Position numbers and translations under genes: made by a program. From Vulcanisaeta sp. (GTDB lineage Archaea; Thermoproteota; Thermoprotei; Thermoproteales; Thermocladiaceae), in assembly GCA_023256215.1 (NCBI GenBank), contig JAGDXB010000121.1, forward strand, positions 896 to 64,895: a DNA stretch of 64,000 bases. The letters run 5' to 3'. The notes below the pieces were generated by a model. It was not told the DNA's origin and did not search any database. It saw only the letters and a program-made list of their open reading frames with translations. Within the stretch, counting starts at the first letter, position 1. Every line of letters begins with the position of its first letter. Below, one piece after another: positions 18,720-27,742 of the stretch.

Positions 18720-19913
18720 ATGCCTAGGATATTTAAGAACGAAGCTGCATTAACACCGGAATATATACCAAGTAAACTACCCTATAGAGAAGAGCAATTA
18801 AGAGAACTTGAGGCATACTTCAAGAGCTTTATTGAGAGTCCGGGCTCGATGTACCCAAAGGTGATCCTAATCGGTAGACCTGGCAGTGGTAAGACCGTGA
18901 CGAGTAGGAAGTTCGGGAATTACGTAGTTAAGTCAAGTAATAAGGTTCAGTATGTCCACGTGTCATGCTTCCTAAATAGAACACTTAACTCGGTGCTAAA
19001 GGATATTGGCGTTCAACTAAACATAGCAATACCAAAGAGGGGCTACTCCACGGAGGAACTTCTAAAGATATTACTAGACATGATCAGGGAGAAGGATAAA
19101 TACGCAATAGTTGCTCTTGATGATGTATTCCACCTCGTAAACAATAGTGGGCCCCATGCCTTAGGTACGTTGATAAGGCTTGGTGAGGAATACATAAGTA
19201 GGGGCGATAGATACAGGTTCGGCCTAATACTCATAAGCCAAGACCTAACATTTAAGGACCAACTTGATAGGAGTTCGCAGAGTTCGCTTGGTAATGCTGT
19301 CATAAAATTTGAACCATACACCAAGGATCAGATATTCGAAATACTCCTGACGAGAGCTCAGGAGGCGTTGGTTGATGGTGCCTATGATGAGGAGATACTT
19401 GAGATGATAGCAGATGTTGCTGGCATCGATGAGAGGTCTATGGACGAGCATAGGGGTGATGCTAGGTATGCCATAGACATATTATGGAGGGCAGCAAAGT
19501 TTGCGGAGATGAGGAATGCAGAGCGGATACTGCCGGAGCATGTCAGGGAAGCCATCAAGAACACTCTTAGGGGTATTAGGAGTGATGAATTAAGGATGTT
19601 ACCCCTTCATGAGAAAATATTCCTATTGGCAATCGTGAGGAGTTTAACAAAGAATCCAAACTCGCCATATATACCATTTGGGACTGCCGAGAGTGAGTAC
19701 CAAATGCTGTGTGAGCAGTATGGTGAGGAGCCTAGAAAACATACGCAGTTATGGGAGTATTTAAGGGATTTGAACCTCAAGGGTTTCGTGGAAACCAGAA
19801 GCTCGAGTAAGGGCATGAGAGGCAGAACAACACTCATCTCAATACCGTCAGAACCATTGGATACACTTCATGAGGAGCTCAGGAAGATAATTGAGGGTGA
19901 GTTGGGCACATGA
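18720..19913 (+). CDS. cdc6: Orc1/Cdc6 replication initiator
   Basis: L.PEYIP.KLPYRE, GRPGSGKT, VALDD, F.PY...QI..IL..RA, GDARYAID, C-terminal wHTH with G.RGRT. Confidence 0.96.
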   Translation: MPRIFKNEAALTPEYIPSKLPYREEQLRELEAYFKSFIESPGSMYPKVILIGRPGSGKTVTSRKFGNYVVKSSNKVQYVHVSCFLNRTLNSVLKDIGVQLNIAIPKRGYSTEELLKILLDMIREKDKYAIVALDDVFHLVNNSGPHALGTLIRLGEEYISRGDRYRFGLILISQDLTFKDQLDRSSQSSLGNAVIKFEPYTKDQIFEILLTRAQEALVDGAYDEEILEMIADVAGIDERSMDEHRGDARYAIDILWRAAKFAEMRNAERILPEHVREAIKNTLRGIRSDELRMLPLHEKIFLLAIVRSLTKNPNSPYIPFGTAESEYQMLCEQYGEEPRKHTQLWEYLRDLNLKGFVETRSSSKGMRGRTTLISIPSEPLDTLHEELRKIIEGELGT

Positions 19914-20194
19914 GCACTAGTTTCATAGAGAATGTCTTCTCATCAAGGATTAGGATTAGGATAATCAGGGCTTTAATTAAGTACAGGGAAATAAACATCA
20001 CGAAGTTGTCGAGAGAGTTGAATGTAAATCATAAGGTGATTGAGTACCACATAGAGGCACTTAAGAGACTTGGTGTTGCCGAGGAGAAGAGGTTCGGTAG
20101 AATAAGGATAATAAAGCTTAGTGAGAACGACCCCAGGGTTTTAGCCATAGAACGCCTCTTCCTAGAACTCGAAGGCAATAATCAACCAGCCTGA
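19910..20194 (+). CDS. ArsR-like winged-helix protein, coupled to cdc6
   Basis: FSS..RIRII; INITKLSR; H...L...GV.EEKRFGRIRI; ATGA overlap. Confidence 0.85.
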   Translation: MSTSFIENVFSSRIRIRIIRALIKYREINITKLSRELNVNHKVIEYHIEALKRLGVAEEKRFGRIRIIKLSENDPRVLAIERLFLELEGNNQPA

Positions 20195-21006
20195 TTCGCG
20201 AAGTCCAATATCCTCTTAGCCAACTTATAGTGAACATGATCAACAAGTTGACCATCAAGACTTATGGCGCCGCGACCTTCCTTAACAGCCCTTTCATAAG
20301 CCTCAACAACTCTCCTGGCCCACTCGATCTCCTCCTTACTCGGCGAAAACACCTCATTGGCTATTGGTATCTGGCTTGGATGAATAACCTGCTTACCAAC
20401 ATATCCCAGGGACTTGGCCTCAACACAATCCCTCCTAAAACCATCGAGATTCTTTATATCGAAGTAAACGCGATCAATGGGATCAACACCATAAGCCTTA
20501 GCAGCAGAAACAACGAGGGTCTTTAAGACCTGGTTAGGTTCATAGGCCTGAAGCAATCCACCAACAGAAAGGGCGAAATCAGCCACACCGTATGAAACTG
20601 CAGTAACACCCTCACTTCTCACTACATCCTCAATTCTCAGGAGACCCTTGGCCGTCTCAATGAGGGGCTCTATCTCCTTACCCGTAGCCTTATATAAAAA
20701 GCTGAGATCGAACTCGGCCTTAGGCACGACAATGCATTTAACAATATCTATCTTTGACACTGTGTCGATATCAGCATAGAAGAAGGGCGTCTTTGGATCA
20801 TTAACCCTAACACAAAGCTCCTTATTACCCCAATCTAATTGTGGAAGTAGCTCCCTTATTAGTTTACGAGCCGTCTCCTTGCTGTCAATGGGTACTGCAT
20901 CCTCAAGGTCGATAATTACCGAGTCGGGTTTCAATTCAAGGGCTGCCTTCCTAATCATGTGCTCATTATTACCCGGGACAAACAATTGAGAACGCCTTAG
21001 TGGCAC
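20182..21006 (-). CDS. citE: Citrate lyase beta/malyl-CoA lyase family CoA-ester lyase
   Basis: RRSQLFVPG, DLEDAV, VRVN, LIET, GK..IHP.Q, DG..VD. Confidence 0.9.
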   Translation of the reverse strand: MPLRRSQLFVPGNNEHMIRKAALELKPDSVIIDLEDAVPIDSKETARKLIRELLPQLDWGNKELCVRVNDPKTPFFYADIDTVSKIDIVKCIVVPKAEFDLSFLYKATGKEIEPLIETAKGLLRIEDVVRSEGVTAVSYGVADFALSVGGLLQAYEPNQVLKTLVVSAAKAYGVDPIDRVYFDIKNLDGFRRDCVEAKSLGYVGKQVIHPSQIPIANEVFSPSKEEIEWARRVVEAYERAVKEGRGAISLDGQLVDHVHYKLAKRILDFANQAG

Positions 21007-21051
21007 GGAAAAACTAGTAATAGTAAATTACTTTAAATTTTAGGTCGTTAA

Positions 21052-22008
21052 TCAAAACGTAAGCACAGCCCTACCTAAAACCCTTTGGTTCATCAAATCA
21101 TCATAAGCCTGGTTTACATCCCTAAAACTATACACCCTGTAGACAGGCTTAATAACACCCTTATGAACCAAATCCACAGCCTCAAGAACCTCCCTTCTCG
21201 TGTAAGCCGCGGAACCAACAATCCTATGCTCCCTCATCACGGTTAACGCAGGCCTCGCGAGTTTAATCTCCTCACCCTCAGTATTGCCAATAAGCACGAG
21301 AACACCCTCACGCCTTAAAGCCCTAAGGCTTTCATTGATTGTGGCCGCACCAACAATCTCAAGCACAACATCCACATCCTTAACTTTCCTAGAGAACTCC
21401 CTATCAGTAATAACCTCGTCGGAGTACCTCGCCACAAAATCGGCCTTTGTAGGTGATGTGATAGATATTACGTACGCACCAAGGTACTTAAGGTACTGTA
21501 TGGTGTGTATACCAACACCACCGCCTGCCCCAGTTACCAACACCCTAGTCCTGGGACCTACATTACCAAGCCTGCTAGCATGTATGGCAGTAGCTAATGG
21601 ACAAATTGCGGCGGCGTACTTAACATAATCGCTGTCTGGCAATTCAAAGACATTGTTTTTAGGTGCTATGACGGCTTCGGCATAACCACCTGGTCTTCCC
21701 TCACCAAAGAACTGAAGGTTTAGGCAAAGGTTCTCCTTACCTGCTTTACAGTATGGGCATGTCCCATCAGTTATCGCTCCAAAGACACCAACAGGTCTTC
21801 CATCAACCTCACCAAAGATTTCATGACCAAGTACCAGGGGAGGCTTCAAATTCTTAAAACCGCCCCTCCAAATAACTAGGTCACGGCCGCAAATGCCCTC
21901 GGCCTTAACCCTTACAATTACATCGTTAGGGCCAGGCTCACCAACATCAAATTCCTCAATATTAAAGGGTTTATTGAACTCCCTAAGCACAGCAGCCAAC
22001 ACACGCAT
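21052..22008 (-). CDS. Zn-dependent MDR oxidoreductase (acryloyl-CoA reductase-like)
   Basis: CGRD, GHE, CPYC...ENLC, VTGAGGGVG. Confidence 0.85.
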   Translation of the reverse strand: MRVLAAVLREFNKPFNIEEFDVGEPGPNDVIVRVKAEGICGRDLVIWRGGFKNLKPPLVLGHEIFGEVDGRPVGVFGAITDGTCPYCKAGKENLCLNLQFFGEGRPGGYAEAVIAPKNNVFELPDSDYVKYAAAICPLATAIHASRLGNVGPRTRVLVTGAGGGVGIHTIQYLKYLGAYVISITSPTKADFVARYSDEVITDREFSRKVKDVDVVLEIVGAATINESLRALRREGVLVLIGNTEGEEIKLARPALTVMREHRIVGSAAYTRREVLEAVDLVHKGVIKPVYRVYSFRDVNQAYDDLMNQRVLGRAVLTF

Positions 22009-22117
22009 TATTAGGTCGCCCAGATGGTTGAATATTAGGTTATTTAATAAATAAACTATTTAGCACACCCTCTCTGTAAAAGTAATGCTTATTTTTCGAA
22101 TTAACAAGTGACCATTT

Positions 22118-23176
22118 GTGGATGCATGCGTAGTGCTGCCTACGATCAATGAGGCCGAGAACCTAAAGGTACTATTACCCATGCTGAGAAATGCCTTAAC
22201 CAATTATGACTGGTTTATCACTGTTGTTGATGATGGTAGTACTGATGGTACGCAGGATGTCGTTAATGACTTTGCGAAATCAACAGGCAGAGCGGTGCTT
22301 ATAGAGAGGGGTGCAAGGCTCGGTCTTGGTAGTGCCATAAAGGTTGGCATGAGGTTTTGCCTTGAAAGGGGTGCTAACATTATCGTTGTTATGGACGCAG
22401 ATCTCCAACATCCACCTGAGGTTGTTCCTAAATTAATCGATGCCGTAGCTAATGGCGCTGACTTAGCAATAGCCAGTAGGTATGTTCATGGTGGTGGCAT
22501 TGTTGGCTGGTCATTAAAGAGACTATTAATCAGTAAGGGAGCTACGTATATGGCTAGGCTATTAATGCCTTGGGTTCGCAATATTAAGGATCCAATAAGT
22601 GGGTTCTTTGCGATTAGTGCTAGTAAGCTTAGGGACATTATTGACTTGTTGAGTGATTTCTCAGGTTATAAATTGATTCTTGAGTTATTAACCGTGATGC
22701 GTGCGAAGTATGGTGATGGGTATAGCGTTGTTGAGGTTCCATACGTATTTAGGGGCAGGGCTTATGGTGCAAGTAAACTAGGCAGGAGTGAGCTTATTGG
22801 TTATGCAATGTTGGTTTTAAGATTGAGTAACTACTCGGTATTTAAGTACTTGGTCTCTCTTGTACTTGGTTCATTGATTGGTTATTTATCCTTCATAGCA
22901 CTGCCTAAGTTCAATCCCTTTATTGTTAATTTATTCTCTATAGAATTGTCACTATTTACCGCAATAACACTTTATCTACTGCTAATGGGCATGAGACTTA
23001 ACCCTAGGCATTATCTTAAGTATCACTTTGTTAAGTACAGTGCAGTGGCGTTGAAGCTTGCTTTTTTTGCGATGTCAATGCCTATCGTTGTAGTGCTCCT
23101 AATTTCAGGTATTGTACAGTTGCTCCTGACCCTGAGGTTCATTCCCACAAATTCCATCGTCGTGCATACCATATAA
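22118..23176 (+). CDS. Dolichol/polyprenol-phosphate mannose synthase-like GT2 with C-terminal membrane domain
   Basis: VDDGSTDGT, DADLQHPP, ASRY, D..SGF, R..G.SKL. Confidence 0.9.
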   Translation: MDACVVLPTINEAENLKVLLPMLRNALTNYDWFITVVDDGSTDGTQDVVNDFAKSTGRAVLIERGARLGLGSAIKVGMRFCLERGANIIVVMDADLQHPPEVVPKLIDAVANGADLAIASRYVHGGGIVGWSLKRLLISKGATYMARLLMPWVRNIKDPISGFFAISASKLRDIIDLLSDFSGYKLILELLTVMRAKYGDGYSVVEVPYVFRGRAYGASKLGRSELIGYAMLVLRLSNYSVFKYLVSLVLGSLIGYLSFIALPKFNPFIVNLFSIELSLFTAITLYLLLMGMRLNPRHYLKYHFVKYSAVALKLAFFAMSMPIVVVLLISGIVQLLLTLRFIPTNSIVVHTI

Positions 23177-23209
23177 AAGTCTTTATTTACTGAGCGTATA
23201 TTTCTCGAG

Positions 23210-24262
23210 ATGATCGTATTACTTACGACTGTGCCAGGTATCGAGGACCTAGTTATTGATGAGGTTAGGGAGAAACTCGGTGGTAAAGTTGTTCATGCCG
23301 AGGTTTTTGGCGAATCTAATGTGACGGGTAAGGTTTTGGTTCAGCTAAAAAATGTCATGGTTGATGAACTTAAGCAATTGGGTACCGTGGAGCATGTGGT
23401 ATTGATTCTCGATGAGGGTGTGGTTAGTAAGTCCTTGGATAGCCTAAGGGATTGCATTTGGAAGCTGCGTATGGACGAACTCCTTAATTACTACACACCA
23501 AGTACGTCATTGGGGATAGATGTCGATAGGTCGGGTGATCATGAGTTTAGAAGCCCTGATGCATCCGTAATTCTTGGTGATAGGATTACGGAGTTCCTAG
23601 GTTCAATTGGGTTAAGGCCTATCTTTAACCTAGACAATGCCGATTTAGTGATGAGGCTTATTATTGATGGGAATAGATGTATCTTTGGCTTGTCAATAAC
23701 CCGTAAATCCCTTAGGAGTAGGCCTTACAGGGTTTTTAATCACCCAGCTGCAATAAACCCAATAATCGCCAATGCCATGGTTAGGCTACTTAATCCGAAG
23801 CCATACACGAGAGTTTGCGATATAACCTGCGGAAGTGGAACTATAGTTATTGAGGGCTCCTTATCTAGGCATGATCTAGTATTTCTATGCGCAGACATTG
23901 ATTATGGCTATGTAAAGGGAGCCGTAGGTAATGCCAAGGAGGCAGGCGTTGATTCTTTTATTGACTTTATAGTTATGGACTCAACCATGCCTCCTATTAG
24001 GGATAAATCATGTAATTACGCGGTATTCAACCCGCCATTTGGCATTAGAATGGAACCAGTGGAGGGTGTTCCAAAGCTTTATAGGGCATTGTTCAATTCA
24101 CTTAACTACCTACTGGATAGAGGTTCCGTTTTTGTTCTCATTACAATTAGGAAGGCATTGGTAAGGAGATTGGCTAAGGAGTACGGTTTTAAGATAGTTA
24201 ATGAGAGGGTTGTGGAACAGGGTGGTATCTGGAGCTCGATATTCACTATAGCTAAGGATTGA
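23210..24262 (+). CDS. trm14: THUMP + SAM methyltransferase (Trm14-like tRNA m2G6 methyltransferase)
   Basis: TT.PG.ED, R.YRVF.HPAAI, D.TCGSGT, NPPFG. Confidence 0.75.
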   Translation: MIVLLTTVPGIEDLVIDEVREKLGGKVVHAEVFGESNVTGKVLVQLKNVMVDELKQLGTVEHVVLILDEGVVSKSLDSLRDCIWKLRMDELLNYYTPSTSLGIDVDRSGDHEFRSPDASVILGDRITEFLGSIGLRPIFNLDNADLVMRLIIDGNRCIFGLSITRKSLRSRPYRVFNHPAAINPIIANAMVRLLNPKPYTRVCDITCGSGTIVIEGSLSRHDLVFLCADIDYGYVKGAVGNAKEAGVDSFIDFIVMDSTMPPIRDKSCNYAVFNPPFGIRMEPVEGVPKLYRALFNSLNYLLDRGSVFVLITIRKALVRRLAKEYGFKIVNERVVEQGGIWSSIFTIAKD

Positions 24263-24294
24263 AGAAAGTTATGAAAAGTACTTATTTTTACGAG

Positions 24295-25071
24295 TTATTG
24301 AGCCTTGGGTATGAACGACCTTTGGTCCTCATTTGGGAATAGCCTATCCAGTGTTCTTTTTGGCACCTTATACACCTTAAGTGCTATCTCTCTTATTAGC
24401 TTATCGTGAGGTACGCACTTCGTTAGATTCAACCTAAGGCAGTGCGCGTACTTCATTATCTTCTTCTCATCAACCTTCTTAATATTACCTAACGCAATGT
24501 CCTCAGCCACCTTGAAAGCCACGTAAAACCTAACATACCTCATGAACCTACTGGCCAGGTCAGGAAATGCCGCAGCCAATGCCTTATATGTACCAACAAA
24601 ATCATCCTCAGAGAAGAACCTCATTATGGTTCCGGTAAACACATACCTCAACAATCTAAAGCCCCTTTCCTCAGTCTTTGGTCCAAGCGCCTCATTATCA
24701 ACCATCTTCTTTAATTGTTCAAGATCATCATTATTACTTAACTGGAAGTTCCTTGACTTTAAGAAGCTATATATTTCATCACAAGCTATCTCCACACTGA
24801 ATAGGCCCTTAAGAGCATTGGCTAATTCACCATCCACTACGCCAAGACCGTACTTACCAACAATATACACCGTAGCGATCTCCTTATCATAAATCCTAAC
24901 CTTACTCAACCCCCTAAATGGTTCAACACCCTTCTGCTTATAGACAATGTAGACAAGCTCCTCAAGCTGGTTCCTAGTGCTTACCTCGTTCCTCATTATC
25001 TTACTCCATATCTCCGTCACAGCCTCAATGCGGTTTTTATACAACTGCCTAGCATCTAAGCCATTACTCAT
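24295..25071 (-). CDS. DUF2192-family crenarchaeal protein
   Basis: P.RG....IYDKEIATVYIVGKYGLG motif. Confidence 0.7.
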   Translation of the reverse strand: MSNGLDARQLYKNRIEAVTEIWSKIMRNEVSTRNQLEELVYIVYKQKGVEPFRGLSKVRIYDKEIATVYIVGKYGLGVVDGELANALKGLFSVEIACDEIYSFLKSRNFQLSNNDDLEQLKKMVDNEALGPKTEERGFRLLRYVFTGTIMRFFSEDDFVGTYKALAAAFPDLASRFMRYVRFYVAFKVAEDIALGNIKKVDEKKIMKYAHCLRLNLTKCVPHDKLIREIALKVYKVPKRTLDRLFPNEDQRSFIPKAQ

Positions 25072-25135
25072 TTAGCAATTCACCTACTCAAAGCCCACTT
25101 AACATTAGTGTTTATAACCCTTGTGCTTCGTGATC

Positions 25136-25675
25136 TTAAGTAACGGCCTTACCAACCTGCTGTTTCGTCGTAATCACAATCCTCGTTGGAAGTGACAATT
25201 TAGAGGCAGCCCTCCTCAGTGCCTCCTTAGCATGAGCCAAGTTCTTACCCTCGATCTCCACGTACATAATTACCGTGTCAGGTCTAAGGACCCTAACGGC
25301 TCTACCGGTGGGCACACCAAAGGCTAGCCTCATACCTTGCTGAAGACGGTCAGCACCCGCCATGGCCAACATCTTATTCTCCCTAATAACATTGAATGGG
25401 TAAACGGCAATTTTAAGATAGAAGTTGGGGTCACCAACGTACTTTGAAAGGTACTTATAAGCCATCTGCCTAGCAGCCTCAAGGGCATTAGCCCTCATTT
25501 GACCCGCCTCTTCACTTACAAGCTTAACTACATAATCAAACCTAGCCCTCTCCTTAGGCTTCGTATTACCAAGCTCAAACCTAGGTATTTGTACATAAGG
25601 AGCGCCAGCAATATACTCAGTCCTCGTATACGGCCTCTTCAACCTCCTATAACAACGACCAGGCCTAAGTGGCAT
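25136..25675 (-). CDS. rpl10e: 50S ribosomal protein L10e (uL16)
   Basis: RPGRCYR, ALEAAR, RENKM...AGADRLQ.GMR.AFG. Confidence 0.97.
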   Translation of the reverse strand: MPLRPGRCYRRLKRPYTRTEYIAGAPYVQIPRFELGNTKPKERARFDYVVKLVSEEAGQMRANALEAARQMAYKYLSKYVGDPNFYLKIAVYPFNVIRENKMLAMAGADRLQQGMRLAFGVPTGRAVRVLRPDTVIMYVEIEGKNLAHAKEALRRAASKLSLPTRIVITTKQQVGKAVT

Positions 25676-25807
25676 AACGACGTCGAATTACTGAGAAGAC
25701 ATGGGTATTTAAACACTACGCCTACTAAATCCTGCTAGTCCTTAGTGGTCTTAACGAAATCCGAAGATCTTAAACCTACTAGATTAACCAACAGATCACG
25801 GCTTCTT

Positions 25808-26248
25808 TTATTTAGCTCTCTGCGATTGTATTCTTAGTATTGCCTCAGCAATATCGCCATTGGTTTCCTTCAACGCCCTTATGGCCTCTTCTCTTGTACA
25901 CCCTGTCTCCTCCATGACAAGCTTAATATCATCTTCACTGGGTTCATACGTTTGTTGAGCCTTTGTGGTAGTAGGTTGTGATGGAGCTTGTATTATTAAT
26001 GATGGTCTTGGCTGTGGAGTGGCGGTTTGCGGTTTTACGGTTTTAATGTCGGAGTCACTTGCCTGTATTTGGTATATGGATAATCCCTGGATCTTCATCT
26101 TGGCCACGGTTGGCTTGCTTATCTCTATTGCGGATCCATCGCCAAGGTAAATAACGACCTTAGTGACATTACTGACCTCTTCAAGGTTAAGGTCGGGAAT
26201 ACCCAACCTCTTAAGCAGCCTCCTTACCTCCCTTGGATTTAGACCCAC
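25808..26248 (-). CDS. nac: Archaeal nascent polypeptide-associated complex protein
   Basis: NPRE.RR..KRLG N-terminus; UBA tail EDDIKLV....EEA..AL....GDIAEAI. Confidence 0.93.
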   Translation of the reverse strand: MGLNPREVRRLLKRLGIPDLNLEEVSNVTKVVIYLGDGSAIEISKPTVAKMKIQGLSIYQIQASDSDIKTVKPQTATPQPRPSLIIQAPSQPTTTKAQQTYEPSEDDIKLVMEETGCTREEAIRALKETNGDIAEAILRIQSQRAK

Positions 26249-26305
26249 GGAATCTAATGTACATGCCTTTATTTAAAACAATTTCTACAGGGTTATAGGC
26301 ACTAA

Positions 26306-27220
26306 TTAGCCGCAGTAGGGACCGAGCATTGGTGCTATTGTTGGTGAGGAGCATCCGTAGCCGAGTACGTGTGTTGGGAAGTAGTTTATGGCGTAGAATA
26401 TTGAGCCACTATTTACGAGTTGTTCAAGTTCCCTACCATACATGACCTGGAAGAGGGCACAGTATGGGCATTCAGGATCAAGGTACTCAATGACTGTGAT
26501 ATTGGCACTCGGGTTACCGAACCTGAGACTATTTGATATTATTTCACTTATTGTCTTCACTTGCGTTGAGTTTGCCTTGAAGCCATACCCAAGCTCCTGC
26601 CCCTGGTACGTTATTGTTGTTGTGGTTCCGTTCTTGGCGTAATTAATGGCATTGAAGACAAAAGGCGATGCGCCAGCAAGCACGTAAGTCACATTGTTAG
26701 ACCTATCAAAAACAATGAAGAGTGGAGTACCAAGCAGATTACCGGGGATATTTAGGTTGTTAGCTATGCCTGTGATGTTGTTTAACGCACCGATAACTAC
26801 ACTAACGAGGTTTTGGTCACTCTCGTTTATAGCGCATGCAGGATACTTACTGGCTATGTATTGATATTGGGCCACTGGATACATTAATAGGTATGTTACG
26901 TTGTTTGTCTGAGAATAGTCGTAGAGGTAACCATAGGCGATCGTGTAAATATCGTTAACTAAGCTAAGTGTTGTATTGGCGCCATAATTGTTATAGACGC
27001 ATTCAATACCAAGCCAATTCTCAACACCTCTTTCGAAAGACAGTGTTGGCGTCGGTGCTTGTGCGGATGCACTAGCTGGGTTACTGGTTTGGGACTTTGA
27101 TTGGGTCTGTGTATGTATGTGGAAGGGAAATAGGAAGTAAACTAGGACACCCACTAATGCGGCTGCGAGTACTATTACGGCTATGAGCAATGCCTTGTTA
27201 ACATTTGATTTATCTGACAT
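26306..27220 (-). CDS. Membrane-anchored DsbA/thioredoxin-fold protein, apparently circularly permuted
   Basis: N-terminal TM; GTPLFIV motif precedes FGNPSA..TVIEYLDPECPYC; many N-x-S/T sequons. Confidence 0.8.
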   Translation of the reverse strand: MSDKSNVNKALLIAVIVLAAALVGVLVYFLFPFHIHTQTQSKSQTSNPASASAQAPTPTLSFERGVENWLGIECVYNNYGANTTLSLVNDIYTIAYGYLYDYSQTNNVTYLLMYPVAQYQYIASKYPACAINESDQNLVSVVIGALNNITGIANNLNIPGNLLGTPLFIVFDRSNNVTYVLAGASPFVFNAINYAKNGTTTTITYQGQELGYGFKANSTQVKTISEIISNSLRFGNPSANITVIEYLDPECPYCALFQVMYGRELEQLVNSGSIFYAINYFPTHVLGYGCSSPTIAPMLGPYCG

Positions 27221-27318
27221 AGTCCTCTTTCAATGATTGGATTGAGTTAAAAACCTTACTAACATTCCATAACTGGATTAAGAAATGTATATAGGTTACC
27301 CAGAGAACTTGCTTATTA

Positions 27319-27738
27319 ATGGCTATCAGACTGAGAATAAAGTTGTCCTCCATCATGGGGAAGACCACGATAATTAAGGCATTGGTAACGGCAGGTTATG
27401 AGACACAGGAGCCAGAGATATTGTTGCCAAGGACTGTCGCCGAAGACCTGGACCTAATGCCTAAACTACCCAGTGGTTCTGAGGTTAGGGATTATGTACT
27501 TGCTGATGGCACAACCACAAGGTTAATACTGATACCCAATGCCGTTCAGGTGTGGGTCCTTGAGAATGATAGGGAGGTTGGTGGTGTCACTGCCCATGTC
27601 GCGGTCAGTGATAAGGCTGATGAGGCGCTACTCAGTGATAAGTTGATTAGTAGGTTAGGCATCGTGCTTCTGGATATTGGCGAGGGTCTTTGGTGCTTTA
27701 AAGATGAGCTTGGTAGGGTCTCAAGGAAGAGTCTCTAA
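27319..27738 (+). CDS. Retropepsin-fold protein lacking the catalytic Asp
   Basis: ALVTAGYE in place of D(T/S)G; LADG flap; E.LLSD.LI..LGI. Confidence 0.65.
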   Translation: MAIRLRIKLSSIMGKTTIIKALVTAGYETQEPEILLPRTVAEDLDLMPKLPSGSEVRDYVLADGTTTRLILIPNAVQVWVLENDREVGGVTAHVAVSDKADEALLSDKLISRLGIVLLDIGEGLWCFKDELGRVSRKSL

Positions 27739-27742
27739 ATCT

